Numbered from the stretch's first letter, positions 43,894 to 54,488 are shown. The stretch: 64,000 bases of DNA from an uncultured Candidatus Rokubacteria bacterium (GCA_963789955.1 CAWBMV010000001.1:851954-915953); one strand, 5' to 3'. Notes: generated from the sequence alone by a model not told the origin. A program made the numbers and translations.

Positions 43894-44433
43894 CTACATG
43901 GTCGGCCGATGCCCGACCAGGAGCTCGATCGCCTTCGGGTGCGTGAGCTTCGGGCTCGTCGACTTCACCGCGTACATCCCGAACTCGCTGAGGGTCAGGA
44001 GCAGCCGTCGCTCTTCCTCGGACGGATAGTTGCCGTCCTGCACCGCGACGAAGAGTCCGGTGCTGGCGACGTTTGCGGGCAGCGCGCGATAGACGCCGTG
44101 GGCGGGCCAACCGCCTTCCACGAAGACATCGAGCAGCTCCTGAGCAAAACGCACCGCTTCGTCGTCCGGCACCGCGACCACGCGAAACTCGATCGGCGCC
44201 GGCAGCTGCCGCAGACGGAGGACGAGATGCTCACGCTGGATCCGCCCCAGTCGCCGGTGAGTCGAGCGCTCGTACGCGCGATACCCCAGGATGGCGGTGA
44301 GCAGGGCGAGCGCGGCGGCCGCCACGTTGTAGCCCGGGTGGTCCCAGATGGCGGCCAGGCCCAGCGCGGCGCTGAGGGCGGCCGAGGCAATGCTCGCGAT
44401 CAGCAGGAACTTCGGGGACTCGTCCCAGCGCAT
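43894..44433 (-). CDS. Hypothetical membrane protein (2 TM plus soluble domain)
   Basis: Two hydrophobic helices; coding-like codon usage. Confidence 0.65.
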   Translation of the reverse strand: MRWDESPKFLLIASIASAALSAALGLAAIWDHPGYNVAAAALALLTAILGYRAYERSTHRRLGRIQREHLVLRLRQLPAPIEFRVVAVPDDEAVRFAQELLDVFVEGGWPAHGVYRALPANVASTGLFVAVQDGNYPSEEERRLLLTLSEFGMYAVKSTSPKLTHPKAIELLVGHRPTM

Positions 44434-44564
44434 GGTCCCCAATCATAGCTCGCGGCTCGGACGTGCACTCGGGCCCGGGTCTGAGCGAAAATGCCGGGGA
44501 GTCGAAACATTGCCGGCCACGATCCCGATGAAGCGGGATCCACACGAGCCATAGGAGATAGGTC

Positions 44565-44930
44565 TTGGCAGGAGCCCGGCGGTACCGCTTCCTGGGGATC
44601 TTGGCCCTGATCCAGACGGTGGCCGGCTGTCTGATCATCTTCGCGGCCGCGCTGACAGCCTTCGCCGTACTCTCGCCGTGGCCGGCGGTGATCGTCGCGC
44701 GGGTGCCGGGCGAGTGGCGCGGGAGTCTCGCGCCGGCCGCGATCGGCGGCGTCGCGGCCGCGATCGTCCTCGGCGGATCGCTGGCGATCACGGGCCAGAT
44801 GCTGCTCTTGCTGCGCGACATTCATCGTCACGCCGCCCGTCTCGACAAGCGCGACGCCAGGCGCGGACGTGATCCAGGCCGGTCGGCGGACCGGCCAGAC
44901 GCGACGTCTCGTCTCCTTCCCCGCCGCTGA
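44565..44930 (+). CDS. Hypothetical membrane protein
   Basis: SD AGGAG + TTG; two TM helices. Confidence 0.6.
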   Translation: MAGARRYRFLGILALIQTVAGCLIIFAAALTAFAVLSPWPAVIVARVPGEWRGSLAPAAIGGVAAAIVLGGSLAITGQMLLLLRDIHRHAARLDKRDARRGRDPGRSADRPDATSRLLPRR

Positions 44931-45189
44931 GAGACCCTGGAGGATCCGATGGCCAACGAACGCGGTCTCCTTCCGAAGGCGCGACGCGAGGAGCTGAACA
45001 CTGCCGCCACCCGTTCGAGCGCTCGCCGAATAGCTCGCAGCGGCCGCGACCCTGTAGTTTTTTCTCGCCGGCCGGTAATTCTTTCCACGGTGCAGGTTCT
45101 CCGCACGACGCGGTCGTTCTTTCCCCGCGCCGTCGGCTCGCCGGCGGCCTCGGATCAACGACGACGGCCACTTCGCGGCGGTCGACCAC

Positions 45190-45205
45190 TGGCACGGCCG
45201 ATGCT
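45190..45205 (+). promoter_or_regulatory. Putative sigma54 promoter
   Basis: TGGCAC-N5-ATGCT. Confidence 0.55.
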
Positions 45206-45245
45206 CTTTCAGGTCGGATCAACCACGAGATACCGGGGGTCGACG

Positions 45246-45632
45246 ATGCGTCGCAGAGCATTGCTCGTGACTGCCGCCACCGGGTTCGCCATCATTGCGC
45301 TGCCGATCGGCGCGGCCCGCGCCAATCACATCAAGATCGACGGCAACCCGCTGCCGGCCGCGCCACTGTCTCCGGCTCCGGCGTCGTCGCAGACGATCCA
45401 CGCCGATCACATCACGGCTCGGCAGATTCGCGCCGACACGATCTACGCCAACAAGATCGACGCCGACAACATCGACGGCCAGATCCACCAGTCGAAGGAC
45501 GTCAAGGTCGGCGATACGCGAGGCCAGATCAAGGCGCCCGAGGTGACCGCGTCGGTCATTTACGCCCAGGAGATCTCCGCGAACTCGATCGTGGCGCAGA
45601 ACGTCTACGTCCGCGATCTGCGGCGCCGTTGA
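45246..45632 (+). CDS. Secreted protein with I-x-A-x-x pentapeptide repeats
   Basis: RRR-type signal ending ARA; IHADH ITARQ IRADT IYANK IDADN and IKAPE VTASV IYAQE ISANS IVAQN. Confidence 0.75.
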   Translation: MRRRALLVTAATGFAIIALPIGAARANHIKIDGNPLPAAPLSPAPASSQTIHADHITARQIRADTIYANKIDADNIDGQIHQSKDVKVGDTRGQIKAPEVTASVIYAQEISANSIVAQNVYVRDLRRR

Positions 45633-45672
45633 TCAGCGCGGCAACCGGCGTTCGCGCCTGAGCGCCGCCCAG

Positions 45673-46679
45673 ATGGCGGCGCTCGTTCAGATCATCGTGA
45701 CGCCGGGCTCGGGCGCCGGCGGCGCGATTGCGATCGCGCGCGACGTGCGCAAGCGCCTCGAGCGCGACGGCTACACGGCCGTGATGCAGGCTTTTCGCTC
45801 GCTCCGCGAGCTGGTGGAGTGGACGAAGACGGGCCGCGCGACGTTCTCGTATCTCGTGGCGATCGGCGGCGACGCGACCTTGAGCGCCGCCGCCGAGGCC
45901 GCCGTGAGGCTCGCGGTGCCGCTGCGTGCCGGTGCCGTCCGGCTTCGGCAATCTGTTCACCGGCGCCTTCGAGCATCCCAATGACCCCGACGAGGTCGTC
46001 GCGCTCCTCGGACAAGGCGATCTGGTGTGGGCCGACGTGGGCGTCGTCCGAGGCGAGATATTCCTCTCGCACCAGAGCTATGGGTATCTGGCGCGTATTC
46101 AGGAGGACGTCGAGCGTCTCGAGCGACCGCGGCAACGGTACTCTGCGCCTTCTCGGCTATTACCGGATGGCGGCCCAGCAGCTTTCCAGCGGCTCGCTGG
46201 ACACGATCCAGGTCGAGATCGACGGGCATGTCGTCCCCGGCAAGGCTGGCCTGGTCACCGTCGCGAACGTGGAGACCTACCGGGGCTTCCTCAGTCTGAC
46301 ACCCGCCGCCTCACCGGCGGACGGAGTGCTCGACGTGTGCGTGATTCCTCGGACCACACAGGCCGGCGTCCTGGCTCAGCTGGTGAAGGTGATGCTCGAC
46401 GTGCCGGGCTGCCGGGACGAGATCAGTCTCTATCGCGGCCGTCACGTCCGCGTGCGCGTGAATCGGCGCAAGCCGGAGGACGTGCGGGTCCTCGACGGCG
46501 TGCTGCCGCTCCTGACGCCCGCCGGCAGCCTCGACCGCCTGCAAGCCCGTCAGTTCGCGGCGCAGGCCGAGATTCCGGCGATCATGCCGGCGACTCCGGA
46601 GCGAGCCGCATCCGAGCGCGCGCCAGCAGCAGGACGAGGACGCCCAGTCCGATCCACACCACCTGGCGTAGTCGCCTGA
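45673..46679 (+). CDS. Diacylglycerol/lipid kinase family protein (two frameshifts)
   Basis: IVTPGSG, IGGDATL, VPSGFGNLF, VTVAN, ASPADG.LDV. Confidence 0.8.
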
Positions 46680-47550
46680 GCAGGCTGAACGCCAGCCCGG
46701 CCTGGGCGCCGAACCCGAGCGCCGCGAAGGCGGCCGTGTTCGCGCCTTCGAGGGCTCCGAGGCTGCCGGGAATGAAGAAGGTGGCGAACCGCACGGCGGA
46801 GCCGAGCGTCTCGATCACCAGGGCGGTGGTGAGTGACGCGGGAATCTGGAGCACGCGCAGGAAGAGCCACGTCTCGAACGCGCCCATGATCCAGCCGAGC
46901 AGGTGAAATCCGACCGAGAGGACGAACCGCCGCCACTCGCGCCGATAGAAGCGTTGCAGGGTTCGGTCGAGATTCTCCGCGGCAGCCAGTGCCTGCAGCT
47001 TCTTGAACCGCTCGAGCAAGCGAGCCCCGCGAGTCACGAAGCCCGCAAGCTGGACGGCCAGGAAGCCGCCGGCGCCGACCAGCTCGACCAGCAGGAGCCA
47101 GAGCATCGCCCTCACGAGTCTGGCGTCGACCGCGAGCGCCAGCGCGGCCACCGCGCCCATCAGCAGAAACAAGGCTTGCGAGAGCGTGATGGTGGTCTTG
47201 GCGATGATCACCGACGCCACACTTTCGCGATAGGGCACGTGCGGGCGGAGAAACCATACCTTGATCGCATCGCCCCCGACCGGCGCCACCGCGGTCATGA
47301 CGCTGACGGACTCGCCGGCGATCCGCGCCGCCATCAGCCGAAGGAACGGCACGCGGTCGTACGCGAACGCATAGCGCCATCCCAGGGTGTCGACGGCCAT
47401 GATCAGCGCGAACGGCAGGCAGACGAGGAGCGAGCGCCAGCCGAGCGCGCGCGCGGCCGCGGTGAGGGCCTCGTCGCTCCCCACCCGGATGATCAGAATG
47501 ACCACGATCGCGAGACCGGCGACCGTCGCGAGCGAGCGGAAGGCACGCAC
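46582..47550 (-). CDS. Lysylphosphatidylglycerol-synthase TM / flippase-like membrane protein (UPF0104-like)
   Basis: VGGDAIK, IPGSLGALEG, LLRRLRQ; multiple TMs; GTG start at 47550 inferred. Confidence 0.8.
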   Translation of the reverse strand: MRAFRSLATVAGLAIVVILIIRVGSDEALTAAARALGWRSLLVCLPFALIMAVDTLGWRYAFAYDRVPFLRLMAARIAGESVSVMTAVAPVGGDAIKVWFLRPHVPYRESVASVIIAKTTITLSQALFLLMGAVAALALAVDARLVRAMLWLLLVELVGAGGFLAVQLAGFVTRGARLLERFKKLQALAAAENLDRTLQRFYRREWRRFVLSVGFHLLGWIMGAFETWLFLRVLQIPASLTTALVIETLGSAVRFATFFIPGSLGALEGANTAAFAALGFGAQAGLAFSLLRRLRQVVWIGLGVLVLLLARARMRLAPESPA

Positions 47551-47563
47551 GCGATTCTGATGT

Positions 47564-47579
47564 AGCAACGCCGGTGCCA
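47564..47579 (-). promoter_or_regulatory. Sigma54 promoter (near-consensus)
   Basis: TGGCAC-CGGCG-TTGCT on the minus strand. Confidence 0.65.
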
Positions 47580-47619
47580 TCGGTGGCACGAGCGTTGACG
47601 GCCGTGACATACTGCCGGG

Positions 47620-48339
47620 GTGAATACCGGAGGTCCGGTGTCGGCGATTTCACGGCGCCTGCTCGGCGCGACATCCCTGCCGCTGACCGCCTTTCTGGCG
47701 CTGGCGCTCATCGCGGCGACCCATCAGGTTTCTGATCTCGACCGGCAGACGCGAGGGCTGGTTCAGCTGATCAGGCTTCCAGCTCTGGACGTGGGGATGA
47801 ACGGAATCTCCGCACTCGGCGAGAACTACGGCCTGATCCCGCTGATCGCGCTCGGCGTCGCGATCGTGTGGCGCTCGAGCCGTCGCTGGGCCCTGATCCT
47901 GCCGCTCCTGATGGCCGGTACCGGCGTCCTGCAGCTCGTCGCGAAGTGGGCGATCGACCGTCCGCGGCCGAATCTCGCCGCGTGGGGCTTTCCGAGCGGT
48001 CACGTACTGAGCCTAGCGGTATTCTTCGGCCTCATGACCTATCTGCTGGCCGTGTCGACCGCGACGCGAGCCCGGCGGCGGCTCGGCTACGTGGGGTGCG
48101 CGGCGATCGTGCTCGCGGTCGCGTTCAGTCGCCTCTACCTGGACGCACACTGGATCTCGGACGTCGCGGGCGGATTGACCCTCGGCCTCGCCTATTTGCT
48201 GCTGACGATCTCTCTCGTCGAGCGCCTCGCCGCCGGCCGGCTCGCGGCCGTCGTCCGGCTCGACTCAGAAGCGCAGGTTCAGCTTGCCGACGATGAAGGG
48301 CGCGGCGCCGATGTCGATCCGATTGCTGAACCGGTCTGA
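47620..48339 (+). CDS. PAP2-family membrane phosphatase
   Basis: K...RPRP, FPSGH, SRLYL.AHW.SD. Confidence 0.9.
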   Translation: MNTGGPVSAISRRLLGATSLPLTAFLALALIAATHQVSDLDRQTRGLVQLIRLPALDVGMNGISALGENYGLIPLIALGVAIVWRSSRRWALILPLLMAGTGVLQLVAKWAIDRPRPNLAAWGFPSGHVLSLAVFFGLMTYLLAVSTATRARRRLGYVGCAAIVLAVAFSRLYLDAHWISDVAGGLTLGLAYLLLTISLVERLAAGRLAAVVRLDSEAQVQLADDEGRGADVDPIAEPV

Positions 48340-49263
48340 GTAGCCCTCACCCTCGAAGTAGAAACGATCGAACGCGTACCCGCCGGTGACCTCGACGCCG
48401 ACATACCGCAGATCGAACCGGATACCCGCGTAGATTCGCATCTCGCGGTAGAAGATCTTGTCGTCCGGGTCGCCGCGGTCGGCGCGGTAGAAGTGGTCGC
48501 TGTCCCACTGGAATCCCGCGTACGCGCGGAGCGGTCGGAAGATCTCCCAGGTGGCGCGCGTGCGCACGGTCCAGAACGGATAGTACTCGGCATCGAGGGT
48601 GAGGTTCTCGAACGGCTTGTACCGGATCATCGAGAACGGGAAACCGATCAACGCCTGAAACTTGTCGGACGGATTCCACCCGTAGGCGATGCCGGGGATC
48701 GGCAGTTTCTGGCCGAAGATTTGTTCGTCGCTCGCGTAGATCAAGGTGAAGATCCAGGAGTTGCGCTCGCCTGACGGGACACGCACCATCGCGACCGCGT
48801 GAATATACATTTCTTCGAAGGTGTTGAAGGGCTCGTCGCTCGAGGAGCCGAACGTGAGCGCCAGCCCCCCGGTCCAGTCGTTGTCGAACTTGTGCCGATA
48901 GCTGAGGCCGGCGCTTATGTCCCAGAGCTCGCTCGGGAACGCACCGCCCGCCTTCGGGAAGCGTGCGTGCGTGTCGATGTCCTGATACAGGGCCTTCGCG
49001 GCAAAGCCCCATTCGTCCTTGGAGTCTTGATAGAGCGGCGTGAACAGGGTGACCCGCTGCTCGGTCATCGCGAAGTGGGTGTCCTGATCTTCGACCTTGC
49101 GCTCCGGGTAGAAGGTGTACCGGTAGTCGGCTCGCGGAATCTGCTTGCCCATCTCCGGGTTGAGCCACATCTGGAGCTCGGCCTGCGCGGCGGCCGGCAC
49201 CGGTCGGACTGCCAGCAACGCCACGCCAAGGGCCAGCACACCCACCAGCCGAGCGGGAGGCAT
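48265..49263 (-). CDS. Putative outer-membrane beta-barrel protein
   Basis: SD GAGGAGG; signal peptide; alternating aromatic strands; C-terminal LNLRF. Confidence 0.75.
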   Translation of the reverse strand: MPPARLVGVLALGVALLAVRPVPAAAQAELQMWLNPEMGKQIPRADYRYTFYPERKVEDQDTHFAMTEQRVTLFTPLYQDSKDEWGFAAKALYQDIDTHARFPKAGGAFPSELWDISAGLSYRHKFDNDWTGGLALTFGSSSDEPFNTFEEMYIHAVAMVRVPSGERNSWIFTLIYASDEQIFGQKLPIPGIAYGWNPSDKFQALIGFPFSMIRYKPFENLTLDAEYYPFWTVRTRATWEIFRPLRAYAGFQWDSDHFYRADRGDPDDKIFYREMRIYAGIRFDLRYVGVEVTGGYAFDRFYFEGEGYSDRFSNRIDIGAAPFIVGKLNLRF

Positions 49264-49428
49264 CCGCGGTCCTCCTCGAAATAGAGTCGCCCTGCCGGCC
49301 TCGGTTGGTCTGGTGCCGTGAGCCCGGCGTACGCTCTTCTCAGGGTCAGCAAGAGCCGGGCCAACGGCCCCGGTCGGGCGGACCAATCGTCCACCCGCGC
49401 GGGTGCCGTTATGACGTAGTGTGGGGAC

Positions 49429-51070
49429 GTGAGCTCCGTCGAGCCGGCCACCGAAGGGCAAATCTCTTCCGCCCGCCGGTGGGCGATCACGTTCTCCGTG
49501 ATGATGGTCACGGTCATGCAGGTCCTGGACTCCAGCGTGACCAACGTGGCCCTGCCCCACATGCAGGGCTCGCTCTCGGCCGGCATCGAGGAAATGTCGT
49601 GGGTCATCACGTCGTTCCTCGCGGCCAACGCGATCATCATCCCGGCGACCGGCTGGCTCTCGGCCCGATTCGGCCGCCGCCGGTTCTTCCTGATCTGCAC
49701 GGTGATCTTCACCACGAGCTCGTTCCTGTCGGGGATCGCGCCGATCGCTGGAGTTCCTCGTCGCGATGCGCATCCTGCAGGGGCTCGGCGGCGGACCGGT
49801 CATCCCGATGGCGCAGGCGATCATGTGGGAGATCTTCCCGCTGCGTCAGCGCGGGACCGCCATGGCCGTCTGGGGCGCCGGGATCATGCTGGCGCCGATC
49901 CTGGGTCCGACCGTCGGCGGATGGATCTGCGACAACTGGTCCTGGCGCTGGATCTTCTACATCAACCTGCCGATCGGCCTCGCCGGCTTTGTGATGGTGA
50001 GCATCTTCCTGTTCGACGCGCCGTTCGTCAGGAAGCCGCGCGGGATCGATCTCGCGGGCCTCGTGCTGATGGTGCTCGGATTCGGCTTGCTCCAGCTGTA
50101 TCTCGATCTGGGCGAGAAGAAGGACTGGTTCGACTCGGGGCTGATCATCGCGCTGTTCATCCTGGCCGTGTGCGCGATCATGGCGTTCGTCATCCGCGAG
50201 CTCTTGGCTCCCGAGCCGATCCTGGACCTGACCGTGTTCAACGACCGGAACTTCGCGGTCGGCACGATCTGTATCGCCCTCGTCGGTCTCGGATTCAACT
50301 CGAGCGTGCTGCTGGTCGCGCTGTTCGCGCAGAACGTGCTCTCGTGGGACGCGTGGAACGCGGGGCTCGTGCTGGCGCCCGGCGGTCTGGGCACCATGAT
50401 CTCGCTCATGATCTCGGGCCGGCTGGTGGCGCGCGCGGACCAGCGCCTCATGCTGATCGGCGGATGTCTCCTGAACGCCGTGGCCGCGACCATGATGACG
50501 AGCGTCACGCTCGGGATGGATTATTGGAGCCTCGCGTGGCCGCGATTCCTCCAGGGATTCGCGATGGGCTTCATCTTTCCGCCGCTGCAGACCCTCACGC
50601 TCGCGACGATCCGGCTGGAGCGCCTCGGCAACGCCACCGCCGCCTACAACGTCGTGCGCAACATCGGGGGCAGCATCGGCGTCGCGCTCGCCACCACGCT
50701 CCTGGTCCGCCGCAGCCAGGCGCACCAGACCACCCTGGTCAGCCACCTCAACATCTGGGACGCCGACACCACCCTGAAGCTCAAGCAGTGGACGGATCAT
50801 TTCGTGAGCCAGGGCACCGACACGTATACGGCCAATCGCCGTGCCCTCGTCATGCTGTATCGCGGCGCCATCGAGCAAGCGCACATCATGGCCTACGCCG
50901 ACGACTTCTGGCTGATCTCGGTGCTGTTCGTCGTCATCGTGCCGCTGGTGCCGCTCATGCATCGTGTCCGGACCGAGCAGAACGAGCGCGCGCGCGAGCG
51001 CCCCGGGCGCGTCGAGGCGCTGCCCGCTCCCGACGACACGCCGATCCTGCCCGACCGCGGCATCGACTAG
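49429..51070 (+). CDS. DHA2 (EmrB/QacA) MFS efflux permease; frameshift near 49745
   Basis: MQVLD.SV.NVALP, WVITS, RFGRRR, RILQGLGGG, APILGP.VGG, WRWIFYINLP, RNIGGSIG. Confidence 0.92.
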
Positions 51071-51684
51071 CCGACGAGCTCGAAGAACGCCGTGACGATC
51101 CCGGCGACGGCGTCGCCGCCGGCGCGCTTGGGCGCCCGAAAGAGATCGTGGCCGGCGCCCTGGACGGCCAGCAGCGCCGTCCGCGCGGGGATGAGACGCC
51201 GCGCTGCCTCGACCTCCTCGAGCGTGCCGAAGGGATCACGAGAGCCGTGCGCGAACATGGTAGGCACGGCGAGCTTCGGCAGGTGCGCCGTGCGAAGCTC
51301 GGTCGGCCGCCCGGGCGGGTGCAGGGGATACGAGAGCAGCAAGAGCCCGTCGACGAGGTCGGCCTCGCCCGCCACCAGCATGCTCGCCTGACGGCCGCCG
51401 TACGATTGCCCGCCGAGAAACACGCGCCCACCGACGCGCGACTTCAGCGCCACGACCGCGGTCCGTAGCCCTTCGCGGTCGCGGGCGGCGCCGGCCGGGC
51501 GCGGCGGCGCCGTCCGGCTCGCCTGGCGGAAGGGCAGGTCGTAGCGCAGCACCGTGACGCCGCGCCCGGCGAACGCGTCGCCGAGCGCCACCAGCAAGGG
51601 CGCTCTCGCGTTGCCGCCGGCGCCGTGGGTCAGCACGAGCCCGTCGCCGGTCGGCGCCGGCGGCCGGTGGATCTCTTCAGTCAC
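51067..51684 (-). CDS. Alpha/beta hydrolase
   Basis: LTHGAG, GQSYGGR, SYPLHPPG, HGSRDPFG, GAGH. Confidence 0.88.
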   Translation of the reverse strand: MTEEIHRPPAPTGDGLVLTHGAGGNARAPLLVALGDAFAGRGVTVLRYDLPFRQASRTAPPRPAGAARDREGLRTAVVALKSRVGGRVFLGGQSYGGRQASMLVAGEADLVDGLLLLSYPLHPPGRPTELRTAHLPKLAVPTMFAHGSRDPFGTLEEVEAARRLIPARTALLAVQGAGHDLFRAPKRAGGDAVAGIVTAFFELVG

Positions 51685-51691
51685 GCCTCGA

Positions 51692-52045
51692 CTACGAGAT
51701 GCGCCGGTAGATCACGTGGCGGCGATTCGTGGTGTAGGGCCGCACGTGCTCCGCCCAGCGTCCTTCCTCGACCGCCTTCGCCCACGCGTCGCTGGTGAGC
51801 ACCGCCGGGCTCTCGATCTCGTAGAGCGCGTTGTAGGCGGGCTCGCTCTCGATCACGATCGTCTTGCGCTCGCCGCCGATCATCATCGTCACCGGCTCGC
51901 TCTTGAAGCGCGCGACCGCGATGACGCCCGGCACCCCGAGCAAGGACGGGACGTGCTCCGTGTCGTAGACCTCGTTGAAGATGGCGTCCTTGTCCGGACG
52001 GACGCTCATGGCCGCGCTGAACAGGTAGCGAGTCTGGATCGGCAT
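51692..52045 (-). CDS. Dimeric alpha-beta barrel (EthD/DUF4286-like) protein
   Basis: FNEVYD.EHVP.LL.VPGV, Y.ALYEIES; SD AAGGAG. Confidence 0.7.
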   Translation of the reverse strand: MPIQTRYLFSAAMSVRPDKDAIFNEVYDTEHVPSLLGVPGVIAVARFKSEPVTMMIGGERKTIVIESEPAYNALYEIESPAVLTSDAWAKAVEEGRWAEHVRPYTTNRRHVIYRRIS

Positions 52046-52198
52046 GCGCATGTCTCCTTGGTCGAGGATCGAACCGCCCAATCCTAGCTCATCATGTGGG
52101 CTTCCCGCCTGTCACCACTAGCGGCTGGGGCGGCCGCGAGCCCACGCGTTTGTCGGGCGCGCGGAGCCCCGATGCTACGATGATCGAGGAGGAATTTC

Positions 52199-52762
52199 AT
52201 GACGTTCGGTGGCGTCGTTTTCCTTCTGGTGCTGGTTGGCTTCATCGCCGCGATCATCCTGACGTACAACAAGCTCGTCGGGCTGCGTCAGCGGTCGGAC
52301 GAAGCGTGGTCGGACATCGACGTCCAGCTCAAGCGCCGCACCGATCTGGTGCCGAACCTGGTCGAGACGGTAAAAGGCTACGCGGCGCACGAGCGGGGCA
52401 CGCTCGATCAGGTCGTCCGGGCGCGGGGCGCCGCCGTGACCGCGCAGACTCCCGAAGCGCGCGCGCAGGCCGAGAACCAGCTGACCGGAGCGCTGCGCCA
52501 GCTCTTCGCGCTCGCCGAGTCGTATCCCGATCTCAAGGCGAATCAGAGCTATCAGGATCTGCAGAAGTCACTCGGTGAGCTCGAGGAGACGATCCAGAGC
52601 TCGCGCCGGTACTACAACGCCGTCGTCCGCGACCTGAACACGACGATCGACAGCTTCCCGTCCAACCAGATCGCGTTGTTCTTTCGATTCGTCAAGCGCC
52701 AGTACTTCGAGCTCGACCGACCCGAAGAGCGTCAAGTCCCCCACGTTTCCTTCGGGAGCTGA
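52199..52762 (+). CDS. lemA: LemA family protein
   Basis: YNKLV, WSDIDVQLKRR.DLVPNLVETVKGYA.HE, ESYPDLKANQ, RRYYN. Confidence 0.95.
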   Translation: MTFGGVVFLLVLVGFIAAIILTYNKLVGLRQRSDEAWSDIDVQLKRRTDLVPNLVETVKGYAAHERGTLDQVVRARGAAVTAQTPEARAQAENQLTGALRQLFALAESYPDLKANQSYQDLQKSLGELEETIQSSRRYYNAVVRDLNTTIDSFPSNQIALFFRFVKRQYFELDRPEERQVPHVSFGS

Positions 52763-52775
52763 GCGCATCGGCCGC

Positions 52776-54488
52776 TTGGCCGCGGCGCTGGCCCTCGTGC
52801 TGGCGACCGCGTCGGTCGCCGCCGCGCAGACGCGGGGCCAGTTCGCGATCGACAGCTTCGTCACCAGCCTCGTCGTCAACGGCGACGGCAGCCTGATCGT
52901 CCGCGAAGACATCACCTTCGACTTCCGCGGATCCCACCAGGGGATCTTCCGGCGGATCCCGCTGAGCTACACGCGCGAGGGATTCGAGTACCCCCACGTG
53001 CTGAGCGGCATCGGCGTCTACGACGAGGCCAGCCGTCTTCTCCGGACCGAGGTGTCGTACCCGAACCGCTCGGTCGTGATCAAAGCCTGGGTGCCCGGCG
53101 CGGTCAACACGAAGAAGACGGTCAGCATCGTGTACCACGTCCGCCGAGGCGTTCTCGCGTACGCGGATCACGACGAGCTCTACTGGAACGCCACCGGCAC
53201 CGAGTGGACCGTGCCGATCGCCAGCGCCGAGGTCTACGTGACCTTGCCCGGCGGTGTCCGCGATGCCGACGTGCGGACCGCCGGCTTCACCGGCCCGCTC
53301 GGCGCGGTCGGGCGCGACTACGCCATCGATCGGATCGAGGGCTACTGGCGATTCAAGACGACTCGCGCGCTACGCCCGCGCGAAGGCGTGACGGTGCTCG
53401 TCGACTGGCCGTCGGGTCACATCGCGCATCCCTCGGAGCTGCGACGCCTGGGGTGGGTGTTCTCCGATTACTGGCCGCTCGCCCTGCCGGTGCTCGCGCT
53501 CATCTGGGGCGGATTCGTCTGGTCGGCGTTCGGACGCGATCCTGGGGCGAAGCGCTCGGTGAAGCCCGAGTACGCGCCGCCGGCGGACCTGATTCCGGCG
53601 CAGGCGGGCGTGCTCCTGGACGAGCGCGCCCACACGCGTGACGTCGTGGCGACCATCGTCGACCTCGCGGTCCGCGGCTACCTGTCGATCGAGCCGATCA
53701 CCACCGCGTTCGGCGCCCAGGACTACATGTTCAAGCAGCTGAAGGCCGTCGGCGGCGACCCCGATCTGAAGGACTTCGAGCTCTTCGTGCTGGCGAAGGT
53801 CTTCGGCGGTGACTGGGCGATCAACATGCGGCTCTTCTCGGAAGTGAACCAGGACCACCAGAACGTGTTTCCGCCGATCCGTGACCGCCTCTATCGGCTC
53901 ATGGTCCAGGACGGGCTCTTTCCGGCGTCGCCGGGCCACGTGCGCGCCGGGTGGATGCTGGCGGGCGCGATCACGGCGGTCGTCGGATTCATGCTGCCGA
54001 GCTACGGGCCGGACTGGCTCGGCTTCTACGAGCCGTGGCTGCGCATCGCCATGGTCGCCAGCGGCCTGATCTTCGTCGGATGGGGCTGGGTCATGCCGCA
54101 CAAGACGTGGACGGGCGTGCAGCAGGCGGCGCACGTGCGCGGCTTCCAGGAGTTCCTGGAGCGAGCCGAGAAGGATCGTCTCGAGCGCATGCCGCCCGAG
54201 ACGTTCAACCGGTGGCTCCCGTGGGCGATCGCCCTCGGTGTGACCGAGCGCTGGATCCTCAACTTCCAGGGACTGCGCGTCGCCACGCCGTCGTGGTATT
54301 TGAGCAGCTCCGATTTCTCGCTGCCGAGCTTCGCGCACGATCTCGGTGCCTTCGCGCAACGCGCCGAGGAGGCGATCCTCACGGCCGGGCGTGGCTACGC
54401 CGACGTCGTCGGCGCCACCGGCGGAGGCGGCGAGTCGCGTGGCTCGTCCGGCGGCGGCATGGGTGGTGGCGGCGGCGGGACGTTCTGA
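52776..54488 (+). CDS. DUF2207-family membrane protein
   Basis: DGSL.V.E.I, ELYWN..G..W, ATIVDLAVRGYL, LPWAIALGV, Gly-rich GGGGGGTF tail; follows lemA. Confidence 0.88.
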   Translation: MAAALALVLATASVAAAQTRGQFAIDSFVTSLVVNGDGSLIVREDITFDFRGSHQGIFRRIPLSYTREGFEYPHVLSGIGVYDEASRLLRTEVSYPNRSVVIKAWVPGAVNTKKTVSIVYHVRRGVLAYADHDELYWNATGTEWTVPIASAEVYVTLPGGVRDADVRTAGFTGPLGAVGRDYAIDRIEGYWRFKTTRALRPREGVTVLVDWPSGHIAHPSELRRLGWVFSDYWPLALPVLALIWGGFVWSAFGRDPGAKRSVKPEYAPPADLIPAQAGVLLDERAHTRDVVATIVDLAVRGYLSIEPITTAFGAQDYMFKQLKAVGGDPDLKDFELFVLAKVFGGDWAINMRLFSEVNQDHQNVFPPIRDRLYRLMVQDGLFPASPGHVRAGWMLAGAITAVVGFMLPSYGPDWLGFYEPWLRIAMVASGLIFVGWGWVMPHKTWTGVQQAAHVRGFQEFLERAEKDRLERMPPETFNRWLPWAIALGVTERWILNFQGLRVATPSWYLSSSDFSLPSFAHDLGAFAQRAEEAILTAGRGYADVVGATGGGGESRGSSGGGMGGGGGGTF

